A stretch of 64,000 nucleotides of DNA from Gemmatimonas sp. (GCA_031414535.1 JANNVQ010000049.1:96001-160000); one strand, 5' to 3'; positions 52,807 through 62,524 are shown, counted from the first letter of the stretch. The notes: generated by a model not told the origin, from the sequence alone. Translations and numbers: made by a program.

Positions 52807-53027
52807 TGGCCAAGCTTTCTAAAGAGCGGGCGGAGCGTATTGCTAGAGGGCACGCCTGCTCGCACTGCAAGGAATACACGTACCGACGCCTCACCGTGAA
52901 GGCGGCTACCGCCGCCATCACCGAGGAGTTGGGCGCCGTGTGGATTGCCACCAAGACCTGCGGGGTTTGCGACTACAAGGAAGAAATTGGTATCGCTGAG
53001 GATGGCGATGTGGTGTATTCTGGCTGA
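52806..53027 (+). CDS. Small two-CxxC zinc-ribbon hypothetical protein
   Basis: CSHC...CGVC; overlaps both neighbours by 1 nt. Confidence 0.72.
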   Translation: MAKLSKERAERIARGHACSHCKEYTYRRLTVKAATAAITEELGAVWIATKTCGVCDYKEEIGIAEDGDVVYSG

Positions 53028-54010
53028 TGGCACGCATAGACATCCCCAAGCTCGCGGTCGGCGATCGCGTGCAGCACGAACTCCTCGTGCGCGAACGTGA
53101 GGACCGCACCACCAAGTCCGGCGATCCCTACATCGTACTCAAGCTCGGCAACGCCACCGGCGTGCTCAGCGCGAATGTGTGGAAGGAGCAGGTGCCGTTG
53201 GTGCAAGGTGTGCGCGCAGGCCAGGTGGTGCAGACCATCGGCGTGATCGAGGAGTATCAAGGGCGTCGTCAGCTCAAGCTCACCGCCCCTCCGCGCGTGG
53301 TTCCGGCGGGCGCCGCGACGATCGAAGAGTTCTTGCCGCGCATCACCCAACCAGAATCCGAACTGTGGAACAAGGTGGACGCGTGGCGCGCCGAGATGCG
53401 CGGCTCGCTCCGGCGCGCGATTGACCTGTTCTTTGCTGACGAGAGCTTCCGTGCCGATTTTGCGCGCACGCCAGGGGCTACGCGCGGACATCACGCCGTG
53501 GTCGGTGGCTTGCTGCTGCATTCCTGTGAAGTCGCGGAGATCGCCCGTGCGTCGGCGAAGACAATGGGCGGCAACGTCACGCTGGTTACTGCAGGCGCGT
53601 TGCTGCATGACATCGGCAAGACGCAGGCGTATTCCGTGGACCTCGCTGGCTTCGATTTCACGCGCGCCGGCATGTTGCTTGGGCACATTGTGCTGGGCTC
53701 GCTCATGCTCGACGAACGCCTCGCCACGTTAAAGGTCAGCGAGCGCTTAACCGATGAGCAACGCCTAGAGCTCCACCACTTCATCCAGTCGCATCACGGC
53801 GTCCCCGAGTGGGGTGCCGCGGTGCGTCCGATGACGATGGAAGCCGAGATCTTGTTCTTCGCCGACAACACGTCCGCCAAGAGCAACGACTTCAACGAGG
53901 CCATGGAAGACAGCGAGCTGTTTCCGAACGCGGAGCAGGAATTCTCGGCCAAGCGGAGTTGGCGTCTTGAGCGTCGTGTCTGGAAGCGTCACCACAAATG
54001 GGATTTATGA
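53027..54010 (+). CDS. OB-fold plus HD domain protein (YhaM-like 3'-5' exoribonuclease)
   Basis: N-terminal OB fold; HHAVVGGLLLHS, LLHDIGK, GHI, SHHG, AD. Confidence 0.85.
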   Translation: MARIDIPKLAVGDRVQHELLVREREDRTTKSGDPYIVLKLGNATGVLSANVWKEQVPLVQGVRAGQVVQTIGVIEEYQGRRQLKLTAPPRVVPAGAATIEEFLPRITQPESELWNKVDAWRAEMRGSLRRAIDLFFADESFRADFARTPGATRGHHAVVGGLLLHSCEVAEIARASAKTMGGNVTLVTAGALLHDIGKTQAYSVDLAGFDFTRAGMLLGHIVLGSLMLDERLATLKVSERLTDEQRLELHHFIQSHHGVPEWGAAVRPMTMEAEILFFADNTSAKSNDFNEAMEDSELFPNAEQEFSAKRSWRLERRVWKRHHKWDL

Positions 54011-55530
54011 CCACGATCCGGCAGGACGACTTCATCCAGTCCATCGCGGACGCTCTTCAGCACATCTCGTACTACCATCCACTGGACTACATCCGTGCGC
54101 TCGCCGATGCCTACGAGCTTGAGCAGGGGCCGGCCGCTAAAGATGCCATCGCGCAGATCCTGACGAATTCTCGGATGTGCGCCGAGGGTCACCGCCCCAT
54201 CTGCCAAGACACCGGCATCGTGGTGGTCTTCCTCAAGATCGGCATGGACGTGCACTGGGATGCCAAGCTCTCGATCCAAGAGATGGTGAACGAAGGCGTG
54301 CGCCGTGCCTACCTGCACCCCGACAATACGCTGCGTGCGTCCATCGTGTCGGACCCTGCGTTCTCACGCAAGAATACGCGCGACAACACGCCGGCCGTCG
54401 TTCACTACGAGATCGTCCCCGGTCATCATGTGGAAGTGAAGCTCGCCGCCAAGGGTGGTGGCTCCGAGAACAAGTCTAAGTTCGCCATGCTCAATCCCAG
54501 CGATTCCGTTGTGGACTGGGTGATGAAGACCGTTCCGACCATGGGCGCGGGCTGGTGCCCGCCAGGCATGCTTGGCATTGGCATCGGTGGGACGGCGGAG
54601 AAAGCGATGGTGATGGCCAAAGAGTCGTTGATGGAGCCGATTGACATGGCGCAGCTCAAGAAGCGCGGCCCCGAGAACAAGCTCGAGGAACTGCGCATCG
54701 AACTCTGCGACAAGATCAACGCGCTTGGCATCGGCGCGCAGGGACTCGGCGGGCTCTCCACCGTGCTCGACGTGAAAATTTGGGATTATCCCACACACGC
54801 GGCGTCCAAGCCCATCGCGCTGATCCCGAATTGCGCGGCCACGCGGCACGCGCACTTCCATCTCGATGGCTCCGGCGTCGCCAAGTTGCCCGTGCCGTCG
54901 CTCGCCGATTGGCCAAACGTCACCTGGGCGCCAGATGTCAACGCGAAGCGGGTTGATCTCGACGCGCTCACGCCGGAAATCGTCGCATCCTGGAAGGCAG
55001 GCGATCGCTTGCTGCTCAACGGCAAGCTCCTCACGGGGCGCGACGCCGCACACAAGCGCATCGCCGACATCTTCGCCAAGGGCGAAAAGCTGCCCAGTGG
55101 AGTGGATTTCACCAACCGCGTCATCTACTACGTTGGTCCCGTAGATCCCGTACGCGACGAGGCTGTAGGTCCGGCTGGACCGACGACGGCCACGCGCATG
55201 GACAAGTTCACCGAGATGATGCTCGCGCAAACTGGCCTCATCGCCATGATTGGCAAGGCCGAGCGAGGTCCAGCCGGGCTAGAGGCCATTCGCAAGCATC
55301 GGGCGGCGTATTTGATGGCCGTCGGCGGAGCAGCATACCTCGTGTCCAAGGCTATTCGCTCCTCGCGCGTCGTTGCGTTTGAAGATCTCGGCATGGAAGC
55401 CATCTACGAGTTCGAGGTCGAGGAAATGCCGGTGACCGTCGCGGTGGACTCTGCCGGCAACAACGTGCACGAGTCGGGGCCGAAGGAATGGGCGGAGCGC
55501 ATCCGGAACCTTCCGGTCTTGCAGTCGTAG
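54007..55530 (+). CDS. Class I Fe-S fumarate hydratase
   Basis: RPICQDTG, KGGGSENKS, GAGWCPP, NCAATRH, GPTTATRMD. Confidence 0.95.
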   Translation: MTTIRQDDFIQSIADALQHISYYHPLDYIRALADAYELEQGPAAKDAIAQILTNSRMCAEGHRPICQDTGIVVVFLKIGMDVHWDAKLSIQEMVNEGVRRAYLHPDNTLRASIVSDPAFSRKNTRDNTPAVVHYEIVPGHHVEVKLAAKGGGSENKSKFAMLNPSDSVVDWVMKTVPTMGAGWCPPGMLGIGIGGTAEKAMVMAKESLMEPIDMAQLKKRGPENKLEELRIELCDKINALGIGAQGLGGLSTVLDVKIWDYPTHAASKPIALIPNCAATRHAHFHLDGSGVAKLPVPSLADWPNVTWAPDVNAKRVDLDALTPEIVASWKAGDRLLLNGKLLTGRDAAHKRIADIFAKGEKLPSGVDFTNRVIYYVGPVDPVRDEAVGPAGPTTATRMDKFTEMMLAQTGLIAMIGKAERGPAGLEAIRKHRAAYLMAVGGAAYLVSKAIRSSRVVAFEDLGMEAIYEFEVEEMPVTVAVDSAGNNVHESGPKEWAERIRNLPVLQS

Positions 55531-56336
55531 TGAAAACTGTGATTCGCCACCTCCTCGTCGCTGCTAGCCTTCTGTGCGCAACCGTTCCATCGCTTCGCGC
55601 ACAGGAGCCCCTGTTTCCCGCACGGCCTATTGGCTTCGTCAGTGACTTTGCGGATGTCCTCGCGCCAGATGCTGAGGCGCGCATGCTACGCCTCATCGAG
55701 ACCGTGCAAGCCGGTTCGCAGGGTGAAATCGCCATCGTCACGCTGCGCGACATTGGCGCGCGCGAGGCCGGTGACATCGCGCTACAGATTGGCCGTGCGT
55801 GGGGCGTTGGCGCCCGCTCCAGCATCGGCGATCGCACACGCAATGCTGGCATCGTCGTACTGCTTATTCCCAAGGAGACGGCCAGCGACGGCAGCGGGCA
55901 GATCTACATCGCCGTGGGCCAAGGGGCGGAAGGATTCATCACCGATGCCATCGCCGGAGACATCCGTCGAGAGGCCACACCCCTCCTCGCTCAAGGCGCG
56001 TACGGTGAAGGACTCGCGCTCATTACCGCGCGGCTTTCCGAGCGGTACGCGGCTGAGTTCGGTTTCGCGCTCGACTCCACGCTCGTGCCGCCCAAGCGGG
56101 CTGCGCGTCGAACCCGCATTCCCCCAGGCGCCATCATCATCGCAATCTTCATCCTCATCTCGATCATCAACTCGGGACGCGGTGGACGGGGAGGTCGCGG
56201 GGGACGTGGCGGACTGATTCTGCCGTTTCCGATGGGTGGTGGCGGGTTCGGTGGCGGAGGCTTCGGTGGTGGCGGATTCGGTGGATTCGGTGGCGGTGGT
56301 GGCTTCTCTGGCGGTGGTTCAGGAGGAAGGTTCTAG
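55530..56336 (+). CDS. TPM domain protein with Gly-rich tail
   Basis: FVSDFADVL, WGVG, VGQGAEGFITD, one TM helix, GGGGFSGGGSGGRF C-terminus. Confidence 0.88.
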   Translation: MKTVIRHLLVAASLLCATVPSLRAQEPLFPARPIGFVSDFADVLAPDAEARMLRLIETVQAGSQGEIAIVTLRDIGAREAGDIALQIGRAWGVGARSSIGDRTRNAGIVVLLIPKETASDGSGQIYIAVGQGAEGFITDAIAGDIRREATPLLAQGAYGEGLALITARLSERYAAEFGFALDSTLVPPKRAARRTRIPPGAIIIAIFILISIINSGRGGRGGRGGRGGLILPFPMGGGGFGGGGFGGGGFGGFGGGGGFSGGGSGGRF

Positions 56337-57068
56337 ATGAGCAAGATGACCGTTCAGGAGTTCGCAACGCAGCTCGCCGCCGATTTCGCCGGCGAGTGCC
56401 GAGCCGTCGTGGTGTATGGGTCGGGCGCCACGGCCAGCGCGCCAGAGAAAGGCTCGGATTTGAATTTGCTCGTGATTGTGAAGTCCTTGCCTCCCGACTC
56501 CCTGCAGCGAGCCGCACCGACCGTGCGCCGCTGGCAGGAGGCGGGCCATCGCGCACCACTCATCCTCACGGAAGCGGAGTGGCGTTCCAGCCGTGACGTG
56601 TTCGCCATGGAGCACGCCGACATCTTGGCGCGTCACCACGTGCTGCACGGCGCGCTACCGGCGCTACCGGCCGTGGCTATTGACGACCTGCGCCATCAAC
56701 TCGAGTACGAGGCCTTGGGCGCCTTGCTACACGTGCGGCGCGGGATGCTCGCGGTTGGTGCAGATCCCCTGCGTTGCCTCGAACTCCTTGTCAGTGCCAA
56801 GGGTACCGTACTCGCCTTGCTGCGCTCGCTGCTGCGCGTACACGGCGACCCCGTGCCGGACGACGCGCTCGAGGTGCTCCGGGCTGCCACTGCGCGCAGC
56901 GGTGTGGCCACCGGGCCGCTCGAGGAAATACTCGCCCACACCAAGGGCCAGCGTTCTATCCCGCCCGCTCGTGCCGCCGAGGTATTGAGTGGGGTGCACG
57001 TCGCACTGAAGCAACTCGTGGCGCACGTGGACTCGATGCTGCATCCCGATGCTCCCGCAATCGACTGA
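56337..57068 (+). CDS. Nucleotidyltransferase-fold protein
   Basis: VVVYGSGA...SDLNLLVIV (Pol-beta GS..DxD-like motif with Asn at the second Asp); DVFAMEHADI. Confidence 0.72.
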   Translation: MSKMTVQEFATQLAADFAGECRAVVVYGSGATASAPEKGSDLNLLVIVKSLPPDSLQRAAPTVRRWQEAGHRAPLILTEAEWRSSRDVFAMEHADILARHHVLHGALPALPAVAIDDLRHQLEYEALGALLHVRRGMLAVGADPLRCLELLVSAKGTVLALLRSLLRVHGDPVPDDALEVLRAATARSGVATGPLEEILAHTKGQRSIPPARAAEVLSGVHVALKQLVAHVDSMLHPDAPAID

Positions 57069-57127
57069 CACCGGCCATCTGCCGGTACGTATTGAAACTG
57101 AAAGCTGACCCTCTCACGGAGTTTGCA

Positions 57128-57682
57128 ATGAAGGCCAAGTGGTTTGCTCCCCTCGTTGTCCTGTTTTTTACCGCCTGCGGCTACAACTCTATCCAGTCTA
57201 TGGACGAGACCGCCGCGGCTGCCCAGCAGCAGATTGAAGTGCAATTGCAGCGGCGTGCCGATCTCGTGCCCAACCTTGTCGAGACCGTGAAGGGCTACGC
57301 GTCCCAGGAAGAGCGTATCTTCACCGAAGTCGCCCAGGCTCGCTCGGCGCTACTTGGCGCACGCACCGGCGGCAACCTCGGCGAGATGGCGAATGCCAAT
57401 CAGGAACTCACAGGATCGCTCGGCCGTCTGCTCGCAATCTCCGAGAACTATCCGCAGTTAAAGAGCGATCAGACCTTCCTGCGTCTGCAAGATGAGTTGA
57501 CGGGAACGGAAAATCGCATTGCGGTCTCGCGCACCGACTACAACAACGCCGTGCGTGATTACAACGCGTACATCCGGCGCTTTCCGGCGGTGCTAACCGC
57601 CAAGGTTACGGGCGCCAAGTCGCGCGAGTACTTCGAAGTGACCAACGCCGCCAACCGCGAAGCACCCAAGGTGACGTTCTAA
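57128..57682 (+). CDS. LemA family protein
   Basis: CGYN, QRRADLVPNLVETVKGY, ENYPQLK, ENRIAVSR..YN. Confidence 0.93.
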   Translation: MKAKWFAPLVVLFFTACGYNSIQSMDETAAAAQQQIEVQLQRRADLVPNLVETVKGYASQEERIFTEVAQARSALLGARTGGNLGEMANANQELTGSLGRLLAISENYPQLKSDQTFLRLQDELTGTENRIAVSRTDYNNAVRDYNAYIRRFPAVLTAKVTGAKSREYFEVTNAANREAPKVTF

Positions 57683-58143
57683 TGCGCCGGCTTTGTGTTG
57701 TCGCTCTGGCCCTGCTGCTGTCGCCAGCGATGTCCGCGGCACAAACGGCAGATCACGATGCCGCGTACGCCGTCGTCACCAAGCTCTTTGACGGCATGCG
57801 TAGCCGCGACACTGCCGCGATGCGCGCGGCGTTCGCACCTGGGGCGCGTTTGCAGAGCGTCGGCGCGAATGGGATTAGGAACGATGAGATTGGTGCGTGG
57901 CTCAACTCCGTCGGGACGGCCGCGGCTGGCCTCGTGCTCGACGAACGGTTGGGGAAGCCCGTCGTCCAGGTGAGCGGCGACATAGCAAGCGTGTGGGTGG
58001 ATTACTGGTTCTTCGCTGGCGATCGCTTCTCGCACTGCGGTGTGGATGCGTTCGTGCTCGCACGCCAGTCCGGGAGCTGGAAGATTCTCTCGGTCGCCGA
58101 CACGCGTCAGCGCGATGGATGTCCGCCGGCCCCAGCCCGTTAG
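57682..58143 (+). CDS. Secreted NTF2/SnoaL-like protein
   Basis: Signal peptide; LFDGMR..D, ASVWVDYWF, FSHCGVDAF..WKI. Confidence 0.75.
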   Translation: MRRLCVVALALLLSPAMSAAQTADHDAAYAVVTKLFDGMRSRDTAAMRAAFAPGARLQSVGANGIRNDEIGAWLNSVGTAAAGLVLDERLGKPVVQVSGDIASVWVDYWFFAGDRFSHCGVDAFVLARQSGSWKILSVADTRQRDGCPPAPAR

Positions 58144-58455
58144 CGTCACGACGCGCCAGACTGCATCGCCAATGCCCCCGCCGGTCGCCGCTCCGCGACC
58201 TGCGGGGGCACTGCATTGGGGCGCAATACTGTCCTTTTCCCGCTTGGACCGAACGGCCTAGGCCGTTTCACGAAATCTACGCCGGGCAACGAGTTAGGGC
58301 TGGTCAGAATACTGGACCGATTGGTCCTTTACTCGTCCGTTACCCTTAAACTCTTGTGCCACTTTGATTTACAGCCTTTTCCGTTAAGTTTGATGTAACG
58401 GCAACGGCGCGCCGGCCCACCGGCCAGTCCGCCCGAGCACACAGACGGAGACCGT

Positions 58456-58665
58456 ATGCGGAAACCAAGACCCAATTCGTACAACCCCGCGCAGGCCCTC
58501 CACCTGATTGCGAGCGATCGTAATGGCGATGCGCTCAGCTGCCCATCATGCTCAGGATCAATCGAGCGGGATCCAGGCGAGGCACCTCCGCCACCGCGGA
58601 CGCATGTCACGCTCAAGTGCGTGGGATGTGGACGAGTGGCGCGGTACATCGCTGGCGCAGCCTGA
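58456..58665 (+). CDS. Small CPxC/CxxC zinc-finger hypothetical protein
   Basis: CPSC...CVGC; GGAG RBS. Confidence 0.65.
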   Translation: MRKPRPNSYNPAQALHLIASDRNGDALSCPSCSGSIERDPGEAPPPPRTHVTLKCVGCGRVARYIAGAA

Positions 58666-58696
58666 TCAGCCCCTTTCACCCAGGAGAAGGCTTCAG

Positions 58697-58903
58697 ATGG
58701 CTCGCATCACAGGCACGGTGAAGTGGTTCAACGACGCGAAGGGCTTCGGATTCATCCAGCGCGAGGGTGGTCCCGATGTTTTCGTCCACTTCAGCGCCAT
58801 TCAGTCCAGCGGCTTTAAGTCGTTGGTCGAGGGCGACAAGGTCGAGTTCGAGGTCGTGGATGGACAGAAGGGCCCGCAGGCCGCGAACGTCTCGAAGGCC
58901 TGA
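58697..58903 (+). CDS. Cold-shock protein (CspA family)
   Basis: [32 protein letters not shown]. Confidence 0.96.
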   Translation: MARITGTVKWFNDAKGFGFIQREGGPDVFVHFSAIQSSGFKSLVEGDKVEFEVVDGQKGPQAANVSKA

Positions 58904-58927
58904 GTAGTTTCGCAGATGCAGATGTAG

Positions 58928-58966
58928 CGAAGCCCCCGACCGGATTCGGTCGGGGGCTTCGTCTTT
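58928..58966. terminator. Intrinsic terminator
   Basis: CGAAGCCCCCGACCG-gatt-CGGTCGGGGGCTTCG then TCTTT. Confidence 0.88.
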
Positions 58967-58980
58967 ACGTCTGGCCGCCG

Positions 58981-59319
58981 TTAGGCGGAAAGCGGCAGTT
59001 CCATCTGCTGCAGCCGATGAACGCGCCGCGTCCGCGCGGCGCTCGGCACCACGGGACGCGCTGGCTCTGTCGCGGCGCGTGGCTCAGGCTGGTCCGCAGC
59101 GAGCGGTGCATCCCGCAGGAGTTCGGCGGTCTGGTAGCGCAGCTGCATGACTCGCAAGGGAGCGGCGAGAGCATCGCGGACACCAGCAGAGAAAGCGGAC
59201 GCTTCCGTGATCACATCTTCAGGGAGCAGCCGCGCGAGCGGGTGCGCCAAGAGACGCTGGGCTTCGGCGCTGTCGCGCACCGAGAGGGCTGCAATGAGCG
59301 CATCAAGGTAACCGAGCAA
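58981..59319 (-). CDS. Hypothetical protein
   Basis: TTG start preceded by AAAGGAGG; ends QMELPLSA at the terminator. Confidence 0.65.
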   Translation of the reverse strand: MLGYLDALIAALSVRDSAEAQRLLAHPLARLLPEDVITEASAFSAGVRDALAAPLRVMQLRYQTAELLRDAPLAADQPEPRAATEPARPVVPSAARTRRVHRLQQMELPLSA

Positions 59320-59413
59320 GGAGCCTCCTTTCGCTATTAAGTACACCTTGCAACTAAAACGTTCCGCAGGCAAGTCCACCGCCTGTCACCATCCTGTCGC
59401 AAAAGAGACCCGT

Positions 59414-60031
59414 TTAGCCCAAGAGTTCGAAGCGGACCGCCCGTTGGACGCCCCGGCGACGTCGCGGCGAGAAGCGGAATAGCTGGGCGGGCCGGCCACG
59501 CCCCTCCGAGCGCCAGGCGTCGGTTGGCTCCACCACGTGGGCCGCCAACAGCGTGCGGCGAAAGCTCGCTTTGTGGAGTCGGCGCTCCAGCAGAATCTCA
59601 TAGACCGATTGCAGGTCTGAGAGCGTGAACGTCGGCCCTAGCAGCCGAAACGCCACGGGCTCGCGGTCTAGACGATCCCGCAAGTGTGAGACCGCCGCTC
59701 GCACGGTCGCCGAGCCGCCTCCACGTGGCACCGTCTGCCACGCGTGACCGCGCGGCGCGGTGGAGCCGGCGGGCAAGATGGCCGCGTAGGTGATGTTCAG
59801 GTGCGCCCCCTCGACCAAGGCGCCCACCTGACCGCGCCAAGCTGGGCTGCGCTCCAGCAGCTTTCGGGCGAGCGCATCAATCACAACATCAGGGGCCTCG
59901 CCCGCCTGCAACTGGACGTGAGGCCACGAGGTGGCGCGAGACGAGGCCGTCGCGGGCATTAACACCGCCAAGCCACCGTCAACCAACGAAAAACAGACGA
60001 GCGCCACCTGCGGCGCGGGACGAGCAACCAT
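59414..60031 (-). CDS. NrtR-like regulator (degenerate Nudix plus winged HTH)
   Basis: FTLSDLQSVYEILL...KASFRR...GRPAQLFRF, the NrtR-type C-terminal wHTH. Confidence 0.82.
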   Translation of the reverse strand: MVARPAPQVALVCFSLVDGGLAVLMPATASSRATSWPHVQLQAGEAPDVVIDALARKLLERSPAWRGQVGALVEGAHLNITYAAILPAGSTAPRGHAWQTVPRGGGSATVRAAVSHLRDRLDREPVAFRLLGPTFTLSDLQSVYEILLERRLHKASFRRTLLAAHVVEPTDAWRSEGRGRPAQLFRFSPRRRRGVQRAVRFELLG

Positions 60032-60039
60032 GTACCTAA

Positions 60040-60067
60040 TTAGTAGCGAGTTGACAATAAAGTCAAC
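60040..60067. promoter_or_regulatory. Candidate autoregulatory operator of the NrtR-like gene
   Basis: Imperfect 21-bp palindrome TTAGTAGC-GAGTT-GACAATAA plus GTTGAC-N6-GTCAAC, starting 9 nt upstream of the ATG. Confidence 0.5.
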
Positions 60068-60081
60068 CGACGCGTCGCCGC

Positions 60082-60360
60082 TCAGTGCGCGATGGTGCCC
60101 AGCTTCGAGGTGTCAACCTCGTCCTGCTGGCCCGTCTTGAACAGAAACGCTTCCATGTTCCGTGTAAGGAACTGCCGCGCCTGTGGGTCCATCACGTTCA
60201 AGCCGTAATGATTGATGAGCATCGTCTGCTGCTTAAGCCACTGGCCCCAACAATCGGGGCAGGTGCCCTCGAGGATGCGCGCGCCGATTGCGCCAGGGAA
60301 TGGGGCGCGTTCGAAACCAGGCTTCGTGCCGCCGCAGCGCGCACAGGTGATGTCGGCCAT
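60082..60360 (-). CDS. Fe(II)-trafficking/oxidative damage protection protein (YggX family)
   Basis: PFPGAIGARI...CW..WLKQQTMLINHYGL...ARQFL. Confidence 0.85.
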   Translation of the reverse strand: MADITCARCGGTKPGFERAPFPGAIGARILEGTCPDCWGQWLKQQTMLINHYGLNVMDPQARQFLTRNMEAFLFKTGQQDEVDTSKLGTIAH

Positions 60361-60398
60361 ACAAACTCCGCAGGTGAACTGAAGATTGAATCCGAAAT

Positions 60399-61304
60399 CT
60401 AGTTGATGTGCGGCGCTCTGCGCCCTGGTTGCGGCCACCGAGCATCCAGCCAGTCCGCCACGAAATCAGCGAGCGCTGGCCATCCGTAGTCCACCGTCAG
60501 CACGTGTCCCGCGCCGCTCACCCAGTGCGAGGATTTGTCGGCGCTGCCGATGCGCGCGTAGGCGTGTCGGCTTTGGTCCTCGGGCAGCCGATTGTCCTCG
60601 CGCGACTGGCATACGAGGACCGGCGCCTTCACAAATCCGAGCCGAGGAATCGCGCCCTGCGCGATGGTCTCGAGCGCCTCGAGCGAACGCCGCGTGCTGC
60701 ATCCGTAACTCACCGCGCGGCGCTGCGCTTCGGGATCCCAAATGGAGCGGCCTCCGCCGCCGCTGATGTACCGCGTCACTAAACCCCACATGCGCGCGGT
60801 ACTGACGGCCACTTGCATCGAGCGCGGCACGAAGAGCATCGGCGCGAACAGCAGCACCCCGTCCACGTCTGCCTCCGCACCAAGCCAGCAGGCCAGTGCG
60901 CCGCCCATCGAAAGTCCGCCGATGACGACCGTCGAATACTGCATGCGCAGAGCCGCGTACTCCTCGCGCACTAAATTCACGGCCTGGTCCGCCCGCCACT
61001 CATCCCAGGCTTCGAGGGACCGACCGTGACCCGGCAGTAGCGGTAAGCGCACCGTCCAACCGCGCGCTTGGAGTCTTCGCGCAACGTCATCGACCGACGC
61101 CGGCGAGTCGTTGTACCCGTGCACCAGCAAGAGCGCCCGCCCCGACTGCGCGGTATACGTCCTCGCCTCTGCCCCAATCACCACACCGTCGGGGCTGGCG
61201 GGGAAGCGCCGACGGAAGCGCTGCTCCGATCGCACGGCGCGCCACTGCCGCTGCGCCCAGATCCCAGCGGCTATCAGAAGCGCCCAGCCCAAGGGCGTCA
61301 GCAA
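60399..61304 (-). CDS. Carboxylesterase (alpha/beta hydrolase)
   Basis: LLVHGY, LPGHG, GLSMGG, GHVLTVD. Confidence 0.87.
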   Translation of the reverse strand: MLTPLGWALLIAAGIWAQRQWRAVRSEQRFRRRFPASPDGVVIGAEARTYTAQSGRALLLVHGYNDSPASVDDVARRLQARGWTVRLPLLPGHGRSLEAWDEWRADQAVNLVREEYAALRMQYSTVVIGGLSMGGALACWLGAEADVDGVLLFAPMLFVPRSMQVAVSTARMWGLVTRYISGGGGRSIWDPEAQRRAVSYGCSTRRSLEALETIAQGAIPRLGFVKAPVLVCQSREDNRLPEDQSRHAYARIGSADKSSHWVSGAGHVLTVDYGWPALADFVADWLDARWPQPGRRAPHIN

Positions 61305-61306
61305 GC

Positions 61307-62443
61307 TCAGTACCGCGGCAAGGCAGAGTCTACATCAACGCTCCAGCGATCAATCCCGCCAGTCACGTTGAGTACCTGTTGGTGCCCCGCCGTGCGCAAA
61401 TAGTCCGCGACCATCGCCGAACGCATGCCGTGATGACACAGCACGGCGATGGGACGGTCGCGCGGCAAGGTGGCCTGCTGGGCGGGAATCGTTCCCATGG
61501 GCACATGCCGCGCGCCGGGAACGGCAACCGTCGCCAATTCCCATTCCTCGCGAACGTCAAGCACGAGAATCTCGCCGCGGGCCAGTGCCGCAGCCGCATC
61601 GCGTGGACTAATGTCACGCGCCTCGTCATTCAGTGTCACCACACTCTCCTCACCGCAGAACGCGGCGTAGTTCCCGAGCAACTCGTGTTCGCTGCGCTGG
61701 GCACACCAGGCACACGAAGGATCGCGTTCAAACTGCACCTGCTCGAATCGCATTGCCAATGCATCCACCGCCAACAGACGCCCAATCAAGGGCGTACCGA
61801 TACCGACAATCCACTTGATGGCCTCCGTCGCCTGCAGGGTACCCAGCAACCCTGGAAGCACACCCAGCACCCCGCCCTCCGCGCAGTTGGGCACAGAGCC
61901 CGCGGGAGGCGGCTCAGGATGCAGGCAACGATAGCAGGGACCGTCTGGCGTGGAGAACACCGAGAGCTGCCCTTCGAAGCGATGCACACTAGCCTGTACC
62001 AGTGGCTTCCGCTCCAACACACAGGCGTCGTTCAAGAGGTAGCGCGTCGTAAAACTATCCGTCCCATCGAGCACGATGTCGTAATCACCGATGATGCCAC
62101 GCGCGTTTTCCCGCGTCAGCGCCACGTGCCAAGTGTCGAGCCGCAGCGCGGGGTTCAGCGCGGCCAAGCGTGCGTGCGCCGAGTCTGTCTTTGGGCGTCC
62201 GATACTCGGGGTGTCGTGCAGGATCTGGCGCTGCAGATTGTGCACGGCAACCACGTCGTGATCAAGCAAGCCGAGCCGCCCCACGCCAGCGGCTGCCAGG
62301 TATAGCGCCGCCGGTGAACCGAGTCCGCCGAGTCCCACAATCAGCGCACTCGCGTCGCGAAGTTTCTCTTGCCCCACAGCGCCGACCTGCGGCAAGCTGA
62401 GATGGCGCGCGTAGCGTTCGCGATCGTCGGCAGACAGCGTCAT
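61307..62443 (-). CDS. moeB: MoeB/ThiF adenylyltransferase with C-terminal rhodanese domain
   Basis: RYARH, GLGGLG, NLQRQ, CYRC, CAWC; rhodanese CHHGMRS. Confidence 0.92.
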   Translation of the reverse strand: MTLSADDRERYARHLSLPQVGAVGQEKLRDASALIVGLGGLGSPAALYLAAAGVGRLGLLDHDVVAVHNLQRQILHDTPSIGRPKTDSAHARLAALNPALRLDTWHVALTRENARGIIGDYDIVLDGTDSFTTRYLLNDACVLERKPLVQASVHRFEGQLSVFSTPDGPCYRCLHPEPPPAGSVPNCAEGGVLGVLPGLLGTLQATEAIKWIVGIGTPLIGRLLAVDALAMRFEQVQFERDPSCAWCAQRSEHELLGNYAAFCGEESVVTLNDEARDISPRDAAAALARGEILVLDVREEWELATVAVPGARHVPMGTIPAQQATLPRDRPIAVLCHHGMRSAMVADYLRTAGHQQVLNVTGGIDRWSVDVDSALPRY

Positions 62444-62456
62444 GGTCGGAATATAC

Positions 62457-62524
62457 GTGAAGGGGCATCGCCACTCGGCGATGCCCCTTCACTCGGCGGG
62501 AGTGGTCCCGGAACCACCCCCGCC
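62457..62524. terminator. Two adjacent GC-rich hairpins between the M28 peptidase and moeB
   Basis: GTGAAGGGGCATCGCC-actc-GGCGATGCCCCTTCAC (16-bp perfect stem) and CGGCGGGAGTGGT-cccgga-ACCACCCCCGCCG. Confidence 0.55.

Noticed and set aside
56180..56336. GGTGGC-rich repeats (also at 23550-23660)
   Set aside because: They encode Gly-rich protein segments and are not independent elements.
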